Positions 10,921-22,835 of a stretch of 64,000 bases of DNA are shown piece after piece (positions within the stretch are counted from its first letter, which is position 1; every line of letters starts with the position of its first letter). Source of the stretch: Isurus oxyrinchus (Eukaryota); NCBI GenBank assembly GCA_026770705.1, contig JANJGN010000035.1, positions 14,694,001 to 14,758,000 of the forward strand. The letters run 5' to 3'. Both the position numbers and the translations under genes were made by a program. Under the pieces are notes generated by a model. The model saw nothing but the letters and a program-made list of their open reading frames with translations. It was not told where the DNA came from and did not search any database.

Positions 10921-11369
10921 AGCGTAGTCTTCAAGCCCTTGCTCCTGTGATGTTGTTAAACCTGAAAAAGCAAATCTCTTGCAATCATTCGCTCACCGCG
11001 AATTTGCTCTCATCTCTTTAAGTTATTTCAAAGATTTGTGAAATGTTGCTTGTTTGTAAAATGAAGAACATGATGTGATGCAATATTTTAAGGTATTGTT
11101 AATTGCCTTATTTTGGAAATTATTATATTCATCCAGCCTCAAGTGACATGGCTATCTGAAGATGATCTTCCCTGCTCTCCAAATTAAACTCATTAATCTC
11201 ATTGAATTCCATCCACGAAACTTAATTTTGCAATATGATTTACTTAATAACATATTCTGAATTTATTTTGAAACTTCGCAGCCAACTTGATCTTTCAAAG
11301 CGGTCGTTCATAATGACTTTGCTTTATAGTTTAGATTAAGGTGCTATTTTCGATGGTCATTTTTTCATT

Positions 11370-11735
11370 CATTTGTCAGTTGCGCTGTCCTATCTACAAG
11401 ATCAAATGCAGCAACCCTCCAAAGCTTCTTCGCACCGTCCAAACTCGCAGACTCCACCAAAGACATGGGCAGGTAGAGGCATGGGAGCAAGAAGACTTCA
11501 ATTTCCCCTCCAATGCACAGAACATCCTGGTTTGGAACTCTGGCGCTGTTTGTTTACTGTTGTTGGATTCAAGTCCCTGTTCTGACGAAATCCTTGGATC
11601 TCCCTTCCTAATAGAACTGCGGATGTACCTAAACCACATGGTCAGCGCCTGTTCAAGGGCTTTGCTCAATACCGCCTTCTCCAGGGCATTGGGGATGAGC
11701 TACAGATGTTGGCCCAGTCAGCGATGCACGCATCA
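11370..11735 (+). mobile_element. LINE 3'-end fragment (plus strand) carried in the repeat unit
   Basis: tctacaagatcaaatgcagcaaccctccaaagcttctt...cccttcctaatagaactg...tggcccagtcagcgatgc is the reverse complement of the LINE end at 410-790. Recurs near 17310, 23060, 27550, 32000 (part), 36730, 45160 (part), 48050, 52340 (part), 56560 (part), 60915 (part) and 63795. Confidence 0.8.
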
Positions 11736-12500
11736 TTATTTTGATTGACAAGCTCATTTCCACTCACTGAACTGCTTAAAGATGTAAACTAAGTATTGTC
11801 TTCTTTTCTAGAAAGTGATGCAAAAGATCCCACAGCCCCATTGTGAAGAGGAGCAGGCGAGTAACGCCTGAGGGCTTTTGTATATCATTTGATTAACACA
11901 GCAAAAACAGACGCTCAGGGCAGGATCAGATAGTCATTTTATGGGAGATTGTCCACGCTAAATCAGTTCAATGTTGAACTAACTCACTAATAGAGCATCA
12001 AACTTTTAAACTCAGGCCCGGGGAACGGCCGTTGATTTGGTTTTGTCAATGAATGAACACTCTGTAAAATACACAGTTTGCAACAGTACCGGTGGGTAGA
12101 AAACAAATTTATTGATGAAAACATGAGACTTGTCCCAGTAATCGCTTCAATAAACCAATGCAATTTTTTTGCCTAAAATGTTTCAAAATATAACGTCTCC
12201 GAGCAAACTTTTAAACTGCATACACAAAATTTACGAACTGGGATAATATTTCAAGGTTTTGTGCCCTGGATGGAAGTGAAACACGTTTGTTTTATTCAGG
12301 CATCAAAAAAATCCGATTGAAATTCCCGTGAAGCACGGGACTGAATGAAAGTAGGAATTGAGGATCCCGGAACCTCTGCTCAAAATATTTCTAAGCGCTG
12401 ACTTCAGAAAAAAAACAGTTACAAAGTACAGTAATGGTGACAACACTTTCGGTTAATTATAAGAACAGCACAGGTTATGTGATTTCAAAATTTGAAGCGG

Positions 12501-12576
12501 TGGCCGAGCAGGTTTTTGAACCCTGCGCCCTCTCATGTTAAAATTCTGATTTTTTTACCGACTCAGATATCTGGAC
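12501..12576 (-). pseudogene. Degenerate tRNA-Lys relic (module D)
   Basis: tggccgagcagg..tgaaccctgcgccctctcatgttaaaattctgat..taccgactcagatatctggac aligns with the tRNA-Lys reverse complement. Also at about 18421, 24176, 28675, 32897, 37873, 41701, 49050, 53236 and 57457. Confidence 0.75.
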
Positions 12577-13499
12577 TCGACGAGAGGTGAGTGCGCAGCG
12601 ACCTCCGCCGGCTAAGATGCGACATTACAGACCCCAAATTATCTTTGCGTTGGAATCATCCAGTCTCTCTATTGAGAGATTCTATCTCTCACGCATTCTT
12701 TCTCAGTGCCCCTACGGGTTTGGTGCACAAATCCTGACTGAAAACACGACCAGCTACATCCTCTTTCCTTGATTCTGTCTTATTGGGGCTCCATGAGTGG
12801 AGCTAAACGAAGAAATGTTAATTACGAGCTCACCGCCGCTTAAAGGTCAATGCGAACAAGGCAGGTCGAGCAGAAGGTGTACAGTTTCGTTTAAGATAGC
12901 AGATTGAGATCAAAAAGAGATGGCAGGAGGCTCGAGCGAAGCAACAGAAAAAAAGATTGCTCGGACTGGCTGTACAGTATGGCCTCTTCCTGTGCCATAT
13001 GGCCAATATAATTATTTCTGTTCTGGATAATTAAAGTTATGTGATTCTGGACAACTATATGAAAATGGGAGAGAAAATTAAAAGAAATTCGGAAGCAAGG
13101 ACTTTAACTTTGAACGCTCAGATTTTTAAAAAAGCTGATGCATTCCCAACTCAACTATCCATGATCTCAATTCTGGTTTACACCGGCACGTTCACTGCCT
13201 GAAATCCTGCACCTCATTTCCCAATAGTGCAGCCTGCACTGTGTTTTCCTCTCACACAGCCACAAGTGCTGCGTCCCCGAGACTTTCCTTCTGATAAGGT
13301 CACCGTAAACTATTCCCCGTCCCACCGACATGCCCTCACACCAACCCAATCTCAACCCCGCCCCTCAACAGCACCGGCCACAGACTACCGCCCCCACCCT
13401 GTCACTTGAAAGCTCTTTGATCATTTCTGTTGCACAAGGTTCCGCTGAAAGGAAGTTAAAAAATGTCACTTCGCCCTAATTGCCAATTACAGGTAACAG

Positions 13500-13710
13500 A
13501 CGAACATACATACGAACCACGAGCAGGAGTAGGCCACTCGGCGCTTCAATACTGCTCTGCCATTCAATAAGGTGATGGCGTACTGATCGCAGCCTCCCGT
13601 CTCCCCCGAAACAATTCACCCACCCCTTGTTAATCAAGAATCTATCAGCATTAAAAATATTCAAAGACTTTGATTCCACTAACTTCTGAGGAAGAGGACT
13701 CCAAAGGAAA
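13500..13710 (-). mobile_element. CR1-type LINE 3' UTR fragment carried in the unit
   Basis: catacgaaccacgagcaggagtaggccactcggc...ctctgccattcaataag...ttaatcaagaatctatc, recalled as a shark CR1 (HER1-like) 3' tail. Recurs near 19400, 24500, 29510, 33730, 38705, 42125, 49875, 54085 and 57915. Confidence 0.6.
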
Positions 13711-13881
13711 TTTCGAAAATACCATTCAATGGAAGTGAAAATACTACCATCAGAAAACACTTTCCAATTCAAATAGAATCAGCAGGTGGCGAATATTGGA
13801 AATATCTTACAATTATTTGCAGGAATTGCTCATTATTTCTGCAATTGAAATGCGAATCGACAAGTGGCAACAAAAGACCAC

Positions 13882-13956
13882 CGTACTGAACAGGGACTTG
13901 AACCCGGGCCCTTCAGACTAAAGCAATGATGCGTTACCGACTGAGCTAATCAGGGG
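13882..13956 (-). pseudogene. tRNA-Lys pseudogene (main copy, anticodon arm decayed)
   Basis: gaacagggacttgaacccgggcccttcagactaaagcaatgatgcgttaccgactgagctaatcagggg. Confidence 0.85.
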
Positions 13957-14421
13957 CTAACCCGCACAGCCACTTGTACTGGCTAACAGCGAACATTGCT
14001 TCCTTCAGCTTTCGTAATTTTTCGGCGGACATCCACTGTGTTCAGTGGATTTCCCTCACGCAACCATTCTCAATACAATGGCTAAATTCATTCACAATTG
14101 CTCTTCACAAATCCTAACCCGTCCAGTTCACCCTAAAGTCCGGCCCGCGCTCATTAATCGACTGCCTCTTTTCTTTATAAATTTGGCGTGCTGCCTGATT
14201 GAAAGGAAAAAATATATATTACGCATCAAGCAGCTACATTTCGGTTAATTCTCACATGTGCACAATACGCAAGGAGCCGGACGGATAAAAAACCCTCTTG
14301 AATGAATGTAAAATAAAATTACTGAACCGGATGAAACACATTCACAAAATCCAATCATCGTGGGTTGCTGATGTGTCATTGATGTGGATGATTGACATGA
14401 GAATCTAGAATTTTAAAAATG

Positions 14422-14495
14422 CGGGCGAATAGGGAATTAGACTGTGGGCCGTCAACTTGAACGGCTGATGCTCTACCGAGTGCGCTTTCCAGGGT
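14422..14495 (-). pseudogene. Degenerate tRNA-Lys relic (module B), about 550 bp right of each main copy
   Basis: cgggcgaatagggaattagactgtgggccgtcaacttgaacggctgatgctctaccgagtgcgct; shares the catgagaatc plus oligo-A flank with the main copy. Also at about 9309, 20331, 25455, 30459, 34659, 39672, 43060, 45982, 50839, 55048, 58862 and 61731. Confidence 0.75.
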
Positions 14496-15034
14496 AGCAA
14501 CAGGATTTTTATATAACGCATGTTCGCTTCTTGCCATCTAAACAACACTTCCGAGGAACTGCAATCACAGGCGCATTGCAACAATTCTCGCTCGATCTTC
14601 CGACGGGGGGAGAGTGAGAAATCTGCAGTGCTTCCGTATCCTCCGACCTTTGGCAGCGGGCACTTGACACCAGCTTCTTTAGGGCATGACTGCGGTAAAG
14701 CGGAAAAGCAAAGAGGAATTTGAAATTAACTAACACTGAAACTCTGAAGAAACGTCATAAGGACTCGAAACGTTAACTCTGTTTCTCTCCCCACAGATGC
14801 TGTGGGACCTGCTGAGTTTTTCCAGTAGTTTCTGTTTTTGTTTCCGATTTGTGGCATCCGAAGTATTTTGCTTTTATCTACCCATGAAATAACCTAGGAA
14901 CACAAAAGATTACATAAAAGTTTTTTAGGGGAGCACTAAAAATAGAGAGTAGCATTGGGAATGGGAGAAAGATCGGATAGCAAGGGTAATAGCGAAACTA
15001 ACCATAGACTGGTGGCAGGGATATTAAATAAATG

Positions 15035-17090
15035 GATTATTAATTCCTTCACAGTATGTGGGCTTCGCTGCGTGGGACAGCATTTATTGCCCATTCCTGA
15101 TTGCCCTTGGGCAGGTGATGGTGAGCTGCCTTCTTGAACCACTGCAGCCGATGAGGTGTAGGTACACCCACACTGCTGTTATGAAGGGAGATCTAGGATT
15201 TTGACCCAGTGACATGAGGGAACAGCCGATATATTTCAAAGTCAGGATGCTGAGATACTTGGAGGGTAACCTCCAGGTGATAGTTCTCCCACCTATCTGC
15301 TACCCGTGTCCTTGCAGGTGGTATTAGTCGAGAGTTTGGAATCTGCTTTCCACGGAGCCTTGGTTAATTCCTGCAGTGCCGCTTCTTGATGGTAAACACT
15401 GCTGCTACTGAGAATCTGTAGTGGGGGAGTGAATGTTTTTGGATCTGGTGCAGTTCAAGCGGGCTGTGTTATACTCGAAATTATCAACCTTCTTGAGTTC
15501 TCTGGGAGCTGCACTCATCCATGCAACTGGAGAGTATTCCACTACACTCACGACTTGGGCCTTGTAGATGGTGGACAAGCTTTCGGGAGTCAGGAGGTGA
15601 TTTGCTCACCGTAGGATTGCTGGCATTGTGGTCAAAGTATTTACGTGGCTAGGCCAGTTCAGTAAATGATCAATGGAAAACCCCATGATGTTGAACGTGG
15701 GAGGGTTCAGCGATGGTAATGACAAGCAAAGTTGATGATATTCTCCCCTGTTGGAGATGGTCATTGCCTGGCACGTGTGTTACTTGCCACTTGTAAGCCC
15801 AAATCTGGATATTGCCCAGGTCTTGCTGCATGTGTAACTGGACCACTTCAGCATCTGAGGATACGCAAAAGATGCCAAAACTTGTGTATTCTTCAGCGAA
15901 CATCCACAAGCCTGACCCTATGATGGAGGGAAGGCAACTGATGAAGCAGCTGAAGATTGTCCCGCCTGGGGTACGACCCTGAGCAAGCCCTGCGATGATG
16001 TCCTAGAACGGAAATGATTTCCCGCCAAATACCGCAACCATTTTCCTTTGTGCTGGGAATGGCTCCAACTAATTGAGAGTTCCCCCTCATTTCCATTGAC
16101 TCAACTTTTGTTAGGACTCTTTGATGCTACACTCGGCCCAAATTTGCCTTAATGTCAACGGCAGTTAATGTCACCTCACTTGTGAAGTTCAGATCATTAC
16201 CCATATTTGAATTAAGGCCGTAACGAGGTCAGAATCTGACTCAGATTGGCAGAACACAAACTGGGCATCAGTGAGCAAGTTATTGCTTCTCAAATATCGC
16301 TGTTGATGACCCCTTCCATCACTTTACTAAAATCGAGAGAAGACTTATGGGGCTGTCATTGGCTGGCTTAGATCTATCCATCTTTTTCGTGGACGTGACA
16401 AACTAGGTCCAATGTCCAGATTTGCGGGTGGATGCCAGAATTGTAGCTGCACTGGAACAGAGTGGCTAGATCGTTGCACGTCCTGGACCCAAGGTCTATT
16501 GCCAGAAAGCTGTCAACGCCCCAGTCATTGCAATATAAACTTCAGCCTTTTCAATGTATCACGTGCAGTAAATCAAAATGGGTAACAACTTGCGTCTGTG
16601 ATGCTGGGGACCTCTGGAGAAGTCCGACATGGATCATCCACTCCGCAGTTCTGGCACAAGGTTGTTGCAAATTCTGCACCCTCTCCACTTAGATTTGCTG
16701 GTCCTATTCACCATTCAGGATAGGGTATGTGTGAAGCCTCTTCCTCCAATGTGTTATTTACTTTTCCACCATATTTCCTGACAGGATGTGACAGAACTGC
16801 AGTCTTAGGTCTGTTCCGTTGTTTGTGGAATCACTGCTCTCCGCCTATCATCACTCGTAGTCAATGCATATTGATATACAAGTAGCCCTGACTTCCAGCT
16901 TTACAAGGTTGGCACCTCATTTTTAGGTATGCCTGCTAAGGCTCCTGGCATTCCCACCTGCTGATTTAATTAAAAGAGAATTGATCCCTTCGCTTGTTGG
17001 CATTAGTAAAATCGAAGATTCAGTACATGTCTGCTCCTACTGGTGACCGAAAGCCCCTCGTGTTTCCCAATATGTGTGTTGCTCGATCTG
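15035..17090 (-). mobile_element. Decayed LINE (paralog of 410-2560)
   Basis: MFAEEYTSF..SSDAEVVQLHMQQDLGNIQIWAYKWQVT; same insertion junction ggcagggatattaaataaat|ggatt. Confidence 0.85.
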
Positions 17091-19781
17091 GGTGTATTCC
17101 ACCACGTATTTCAAAATAATCTGGAAATATTACAGCGCAGGGATTGCTATTCACTTTGCATAATCCATTAGAAAACAATATGTTGTGAAAGAGGGCATGG
17201 CTGAAAAGTAATATCATTCCCACTTGATATTTCGAATTAGACGTTCATGCTGACTTTGCTTTAGAGTGTAAATTATAGTGCTATTTTCGGTGGCAATTTC
17301 TTCATTCATTTGTCATTGCGGTGTGCCACCTACAAGATGAACTGCAGCAACTCTCCAAAGCTTCTTGGCATTGTTCTCAATCGCAGAAACCACGAAAGAG
17401 CATCATGGGAGCATCAACAACTGCAATCACCCCTCCAAACCACAGATCGTCCTCGTTTGGAACACTATCGCCATTTCTTCACTGTTCTTGGATTCAGGTC
17501 CCTGTTCTGATGAAATTCTTGGTTCTCCCTTCCTAATAGAACTGTGGATGTACCTAAACCACATTGCCAGCGCCTGCTCAAGAGCTTGGCTCAATACCAC
17601 CTTCTCCAGGGCATTGGGGATGAGCTACAGATGCTGGCCCAGTCAGCGATGCTCGCGTCATTATGTTGATTGACAAGCTCATTTCCACCCACTGACACTG
17701 CTTAAAGATGTAAACTGAACATTGCCTTCTTTTGGTCAAAGTTGTGCAAAAGTTCCCACAGCCCCATTGTGAAGAGGAGCAGGCGAGTAACGCCTAAGGG
17801 CTTTTGTATATCATTTGATTAACACAGTAAAAAGGGGTGAATCCGATAGTTATTTTTGGGAGCTTCCCAACGGCAAATCAGTTAAATGTTGAACTTACTC
17901 AGTAATATAGAATCAATCTTTAAAACTGAGGCCCGGGGAATGGTCGTTGATTTGGCTTTGTCAATGAATGTATACTCTGTAAAGTGCACACTTTACAATA
18001 GTACCGGTGGATACAAAACAAATTTATTGATGAAAACATCAGACTTATCCCAGTAATCGCTTCAATAAACCAATGATTTTTTTTTACCTAAAATGTTTCA
18101 ATACATCACGCCTCTGAGCAAAATTTTAAATGGAATACAGAAAATTTAAGAACAGGAATCATATTTGAAAGTTTGTTGCCCTGGATGGAATTGAAACATG
18201 TTTTTTTTTATATCAGACATATAAACAATCAGATTGAAATTATCGTGAAGCACGGGACGGAATGAAAATAGAAATTGATGATCCCGGAACCTCTGCTCAA
18301 TTTATTTCAAAGCGCCGACTTCAGAATAAAAATACCACTTACAAAAAACAGGGATGGTGACAACACTTTTGATTATTTACAAGAACAGCACAGGCTATGT
18401 GATTTCCAAATTTGAAGCGGTGGCCGAGCAGGGCGTTGAACCCTGCGCCCTCTCGTGTTAAATTTCTGATGTTTTACCGACTCAGATGTCTGGACTGGAC
18501 CGGAGGTGAGTGCGCAGCGACATCCGCCGGCTACGATGGGTCATTACAGCGCCCACATTCTCTTTGCGTTGATCTCTCTGTTGAGAGATTCTACCTCTCA
18601 CGCATTCTTTCTCAGTGCCCCTACGGGTTTGGTGCACAAATCCTGAATGAAAACACGAAAAGCTACATCTTCCTTCCTTGCTACTGTCTTATTTGGGCTT
18701 CGTGAGTGGACTTAAACGAAGAAATGTTAATTATGAGCTCACCGCCGCTTCAAACTCATGCGAACAAGGCAGGTCGAGCAGAAGCAGTAGTTTCGTTTAA
18801 CATAGCAGAGTGAGTTCAGAAGAGATGGCAGGAGGCTCGAGCGACGCAACAGAAAAGAAGATGGCTCGGACCGGCTGTAGAGTATGGCCTCTTCCTGTGC
18901 CATATATCCCATGTAATTATTTCTCTTCTGGATAATTAAAATTATGTGATTCCGGACAACTATATGAAAATGAGAGAGTGAATTAAAAGCAAATCGGAAG
19001 CAAGGACTTTCAGCGCTCAGATTTTTTAGAAAGCTGATGCATTCCTCGCTCAAATATCCATGTTCTCAATTCCATTTTACACCGGCACATTCACTGCCTG
19101 AAATCCTGCACCTCATTTCCCATAGTGCAGACTGCACTGTCTGTTCCTCTCAGGCAGTCACAAGTGTTGACTCTCCGAGGCTTTACTTGCGAGAAGGTCA
19201 CCATATGCTATTCCGCGACCCACCGATACACCCCCGCACCAACCCAAACACACCCTTGCCCCTCACCAGCACATGCCACTGCCGACCGCCCCCACCCTGC
19301 GACTTGCAAGCTCTTTGATCATTTCTCTTGCTCTGGCTTCCGCTGAAAGGAAACTTTAAAAAGTCACTTCGTCCTAATTGCCAATTTCTGTTAACATATC
19401 AACATGCATAAGAACCTGGAGCAGGAGTAGGCCACTCGGCCCTTCCATACTGCTCTGCCATTCAATAAGGTGATGGCCTATCTGACGGCAGCCTCCCGTC
19501 TACCCCGATACATTTTCACCCATCCCTTGTTAATCAAGAATCTATCAGCATTAAAAATATTCCAAGAATCTTCTTCCACTAACTTCTGAGGAAGAGGTCT
19601 CCAGAGATAATTTCGAAAGTACCATTCAATGCAAGCGAAAACACTACCATCAGAAATCACTTCCCAATTCAATTAGAATCAGCAGTTGGCAAATCTTTGA
19701 AATATCCTAAAGAAATTTGCAGGAATTGCTCATGATTTCTGCGATTTGAATGAGAATGGGTAAGAGGCATTTAAAATCCAT

Positions 19782-19854
19782 CGCCTGAATAGGGACTTGA
19801 ACCCTGGCCCCTCAGATTAAAAGTCTGATTCTTTACCAACTGAGCTATCCGGGC
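19782..19854 (-). pseudogene. tRNA-Lys(TTT) probable pseudogene
   Basis: 73 nt with 6 differences from canonical, including D-stem (G22A, C25A), T-stem (G65A) and acceptor (G69A) mismatches. Confidence 0.85.
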
Positions 19855-20944
19855 TTCGGTGACAGGGCCCACAGCGACTTTTACTGGCTGACAGTGATCA
19901 TTCTATCCTTCAGATTTCGGACTTTTCCTGCGGTCATCCACTATCTTCAGCACATTTCACTCATGCAACCATTCTCAATGCAATCGCTAAATTCAATCAC
20001 AATTGCTCTTCACAAATCCTAACCCGTCCATTTCAACCCAAATTCCGGCCCGCGCTCATTAAACGACTTCCACTTTTCTTTATAAATTTGGCGTGCTGCC
20101 TGATTGAAAAGAAGGAATATATAATACTCGTCCAACAGCTCCAAATAGGTTAATTCTAATGTGTGCACAATATGCAAGGAGCCGGCCGCATTTAAAAAAA
20201 AACCTCCTGAACGAATGTGCAATAAAACTATTGTACCGAACGAAACACAATCACAAAGTCCATTCATCGTGGGTTGCTGATGTGTCAGTGAAGTGTATGA
20301 TTCACATGAGAATCCGGAATTTTTAAAAAGCGAACGAACAGGGATTTCGACCCTGGACCCTAGACTTAAACGGTTGAGGGTCTGCCGAGTGCGCGCTCCA
20401 GGGTAGCAACAGGAATTTTATATAATGCATGTTCGCTTGTCGCCATCTAACCAACAATTCCGAGGAACTGCAATGACAGTCTGATTGCAACACTTCTCGC
20501 TCGACATTCCGACGGGGTGAGGGTGAGAAATCTGCTGTACAGCCGGATCATCAGGCCTTTAGCAGCGGGCAAGTGAAGGGAGGCCCGTTTCTTTACGACA
20601 TAAGCTGTATTAAACCGGCAAAGCAAAGAGGAATTTGAGATTAAATAACACTGAAGCTCTGAAGAAGCGTCATAATGTCTCGAAACGTTAACTCTGTTTC
20701 TCTCTCCACCGCTGCTGTGAGACCTGCTGAATTTTTCCAATAGTTTCTGTTTTTGCTTCCGATTTGCGGCGTCCGAAGTACTTTGCTTTTATCCACCAAA
20801 GAAATCACCTAGGAACACAAAAGAATGCATTAAAATATTTTACAGGCGAGCACTAAAGATAGAGGGTAGCATTGGGAATGTGAGAACAATCGGGTAGAAT
20901 AGCCAAAGTAACCATAGACCGGTGGCAGGGATGTTAAATAAATG

Positions 20945-22835
20945 GATTATTAATTCGTTCACAGTATGTGGGCTTCGCTGCCTGTGACAGCAATTATTGC
21001 CCATTCCTAATTGCCCTTGAGTAGGTGGTGGTGATCTGCCTTCTTGAACCACTGCAGCCGATGAGGTCTAGGTACACCCACACTGCTGTTAAGAAGAGAG
21101 ATCCAGGATTTTGACTCAGTACATAAGGGAACCGCCGTTATATTTCCAAATCAGGATGCTGAGATACTTGGGGGGTAACTTCCAGCTGATGGTTCTCCCA
21201 ACTATCTGCTACCCTTGTCCTTGTAGGAAGCATTGGTCGAGGGTTTGGAATCCATTTTCCAAGGTGCCTTGATTAATTCCTGCAGTGCCGGTTCTTGATG
21301 GTAAACACTGCTGCTACTGAGAATCTGCAGTGGGGGAGTAAATGTTTTTGGATCTGATGCAGTTCAAGCGGGCTGTGTTAACCTGGACGTTATCAAGCTT
21401 CTTTAGTGTTGTGGGAGCTGCACTCATCCAAGCAACAGGAGAGTATTCCACTACACTCACGACTTGGGCCTTGTAGATGGTGGACAAGCTTACGGGAGTC
21501 AGGAGGTGATTTGCTCACCGTAGAATCACTGGCCTTGTGGTCACAGTGTTTATGAGGCTAGGCCAGTTCAGTATATGATCAATAGATAATTCCAGGATGT
21601 TGATTGTGGGAGAGTTAAGCGATGGTAATGCGACTGAATGACAAGCAAAGTTGATTAGCTTCTCCCCTGTTGGAGATGGTCATTGCCTGGCACTTGCATG
21701 GAGTGCATGTTACTTGCCACTTGTCAGCCCAAGTCTGGATATTGCCCAGGTCTTGCTGCGTGCGTACATGGACTGCTTCAGCATCTGAGGATGCGCAAAA
21801 GATTCTGAAAATTGTGTATTCTTCAGCAAACACCCACAAGCCCGACCCTATGATGGAAGGAAGGCAACTGATGAAGCAGCTGAAGATTGTCCTGCCTGGG
21901 GTACTAGCCTGAGGAACCCCTGCAGTGGTGTCCTAGAACGAGCTGAGAATCTGAGTCACCTTGGCGGAACACAAACTGGGCGTCAGTGAGCATGTTATTG
22001 CTATGCAAATTTGACTTGATAGAACTGCTGATGACCCCTTTGATCACTTTGCTAATGATCGAGAGAAAATTGATGCGGCTGTCATGGGCTGGCTTGGACC
22101 TGTCCTGCTTTTTTGGTGGATGGAACAAACTTCAGCCAATGTCCACATTTTCGGGTGGATGCCAGAATTGTATCTGGACTGGAACCGAGTGGCTAGGGGT
22201 TTTGCAAGTTCTGGAGCTGAGGTCTGTTGACGCAATGCTGTCAGCGCCCCAGTCTTCTCACTATAAACTTCAGCCATTTCAATGTATCATGTGTAGTAAA
22301 TCGAAATGGCCAACAGCTTGCCTCTATGATGCTGGGGACCTCTGGAGCAGGCCGACATGGATCACCCACTCTGCAGTTCTGGCATAAGGTTGTTGCAAAT
22401 TCTGCACCCTCTCCCCGTAGATATGCTAGTCTCATTCACCATTAAGGATAGGGGATGTGTGGAGCCTCTTCATCTGGTGTGCTATTTAATTGTCCATCAT
22501 AATTCACGAAAGGATGTGACAGAACTGCAGTCTTAGGTCTGTTCCGCTGTTTGTGGAATCACTGATCTCTGCCTATCGCTCGTTGCCAATGCTTACTGAT
22601 ATGCAATTTGTCCTGAGTTCCAGCTTTGCAAGGTTGGCACATCATTTTTGGTATGCCTGCTAATGCTCTTGGCATTCCCCCGTGCTCTCTTCATTGAACG
22701 AGGGTTGATCATTTCGCTTGTTGGCATTGGTAGAATGGGGAACAGGCGGGCCATGACATCAGGGGTTCAGCACATGTCTGCTCCTACTGATGGTCCACAA
22801 AACCTCGTGCATCCCAATCTTTGAGTTGCTCGATC
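20945..22835 (-). mobile_element. Decayed LINE (paralog of 410-2560) with internal deletion near 21940
   Basis: VFAEEYTIF..SSDAEAVHVRTQQDLGNIQTWADKWQVT..KCQAMTISN; LSIISKVIKG..LTDAQFVFRQG. Confidence 0.85.

Noticed and set aside
10817-11565. Interruption of the split tRNA as a tRNA intron
   Set aside because: The break is after position 44, not 37/38. The insert is about 750 bp of TE-derived DNA, and the 5' strand of the T stem is missing.
12324-12340. Hairpin TCCCGTG-AAG-CACGGGA
   Set aside because: Pairing is lost without compensation in several units (near 28496, 32724, 41522), so there is no sign of conserved structure.
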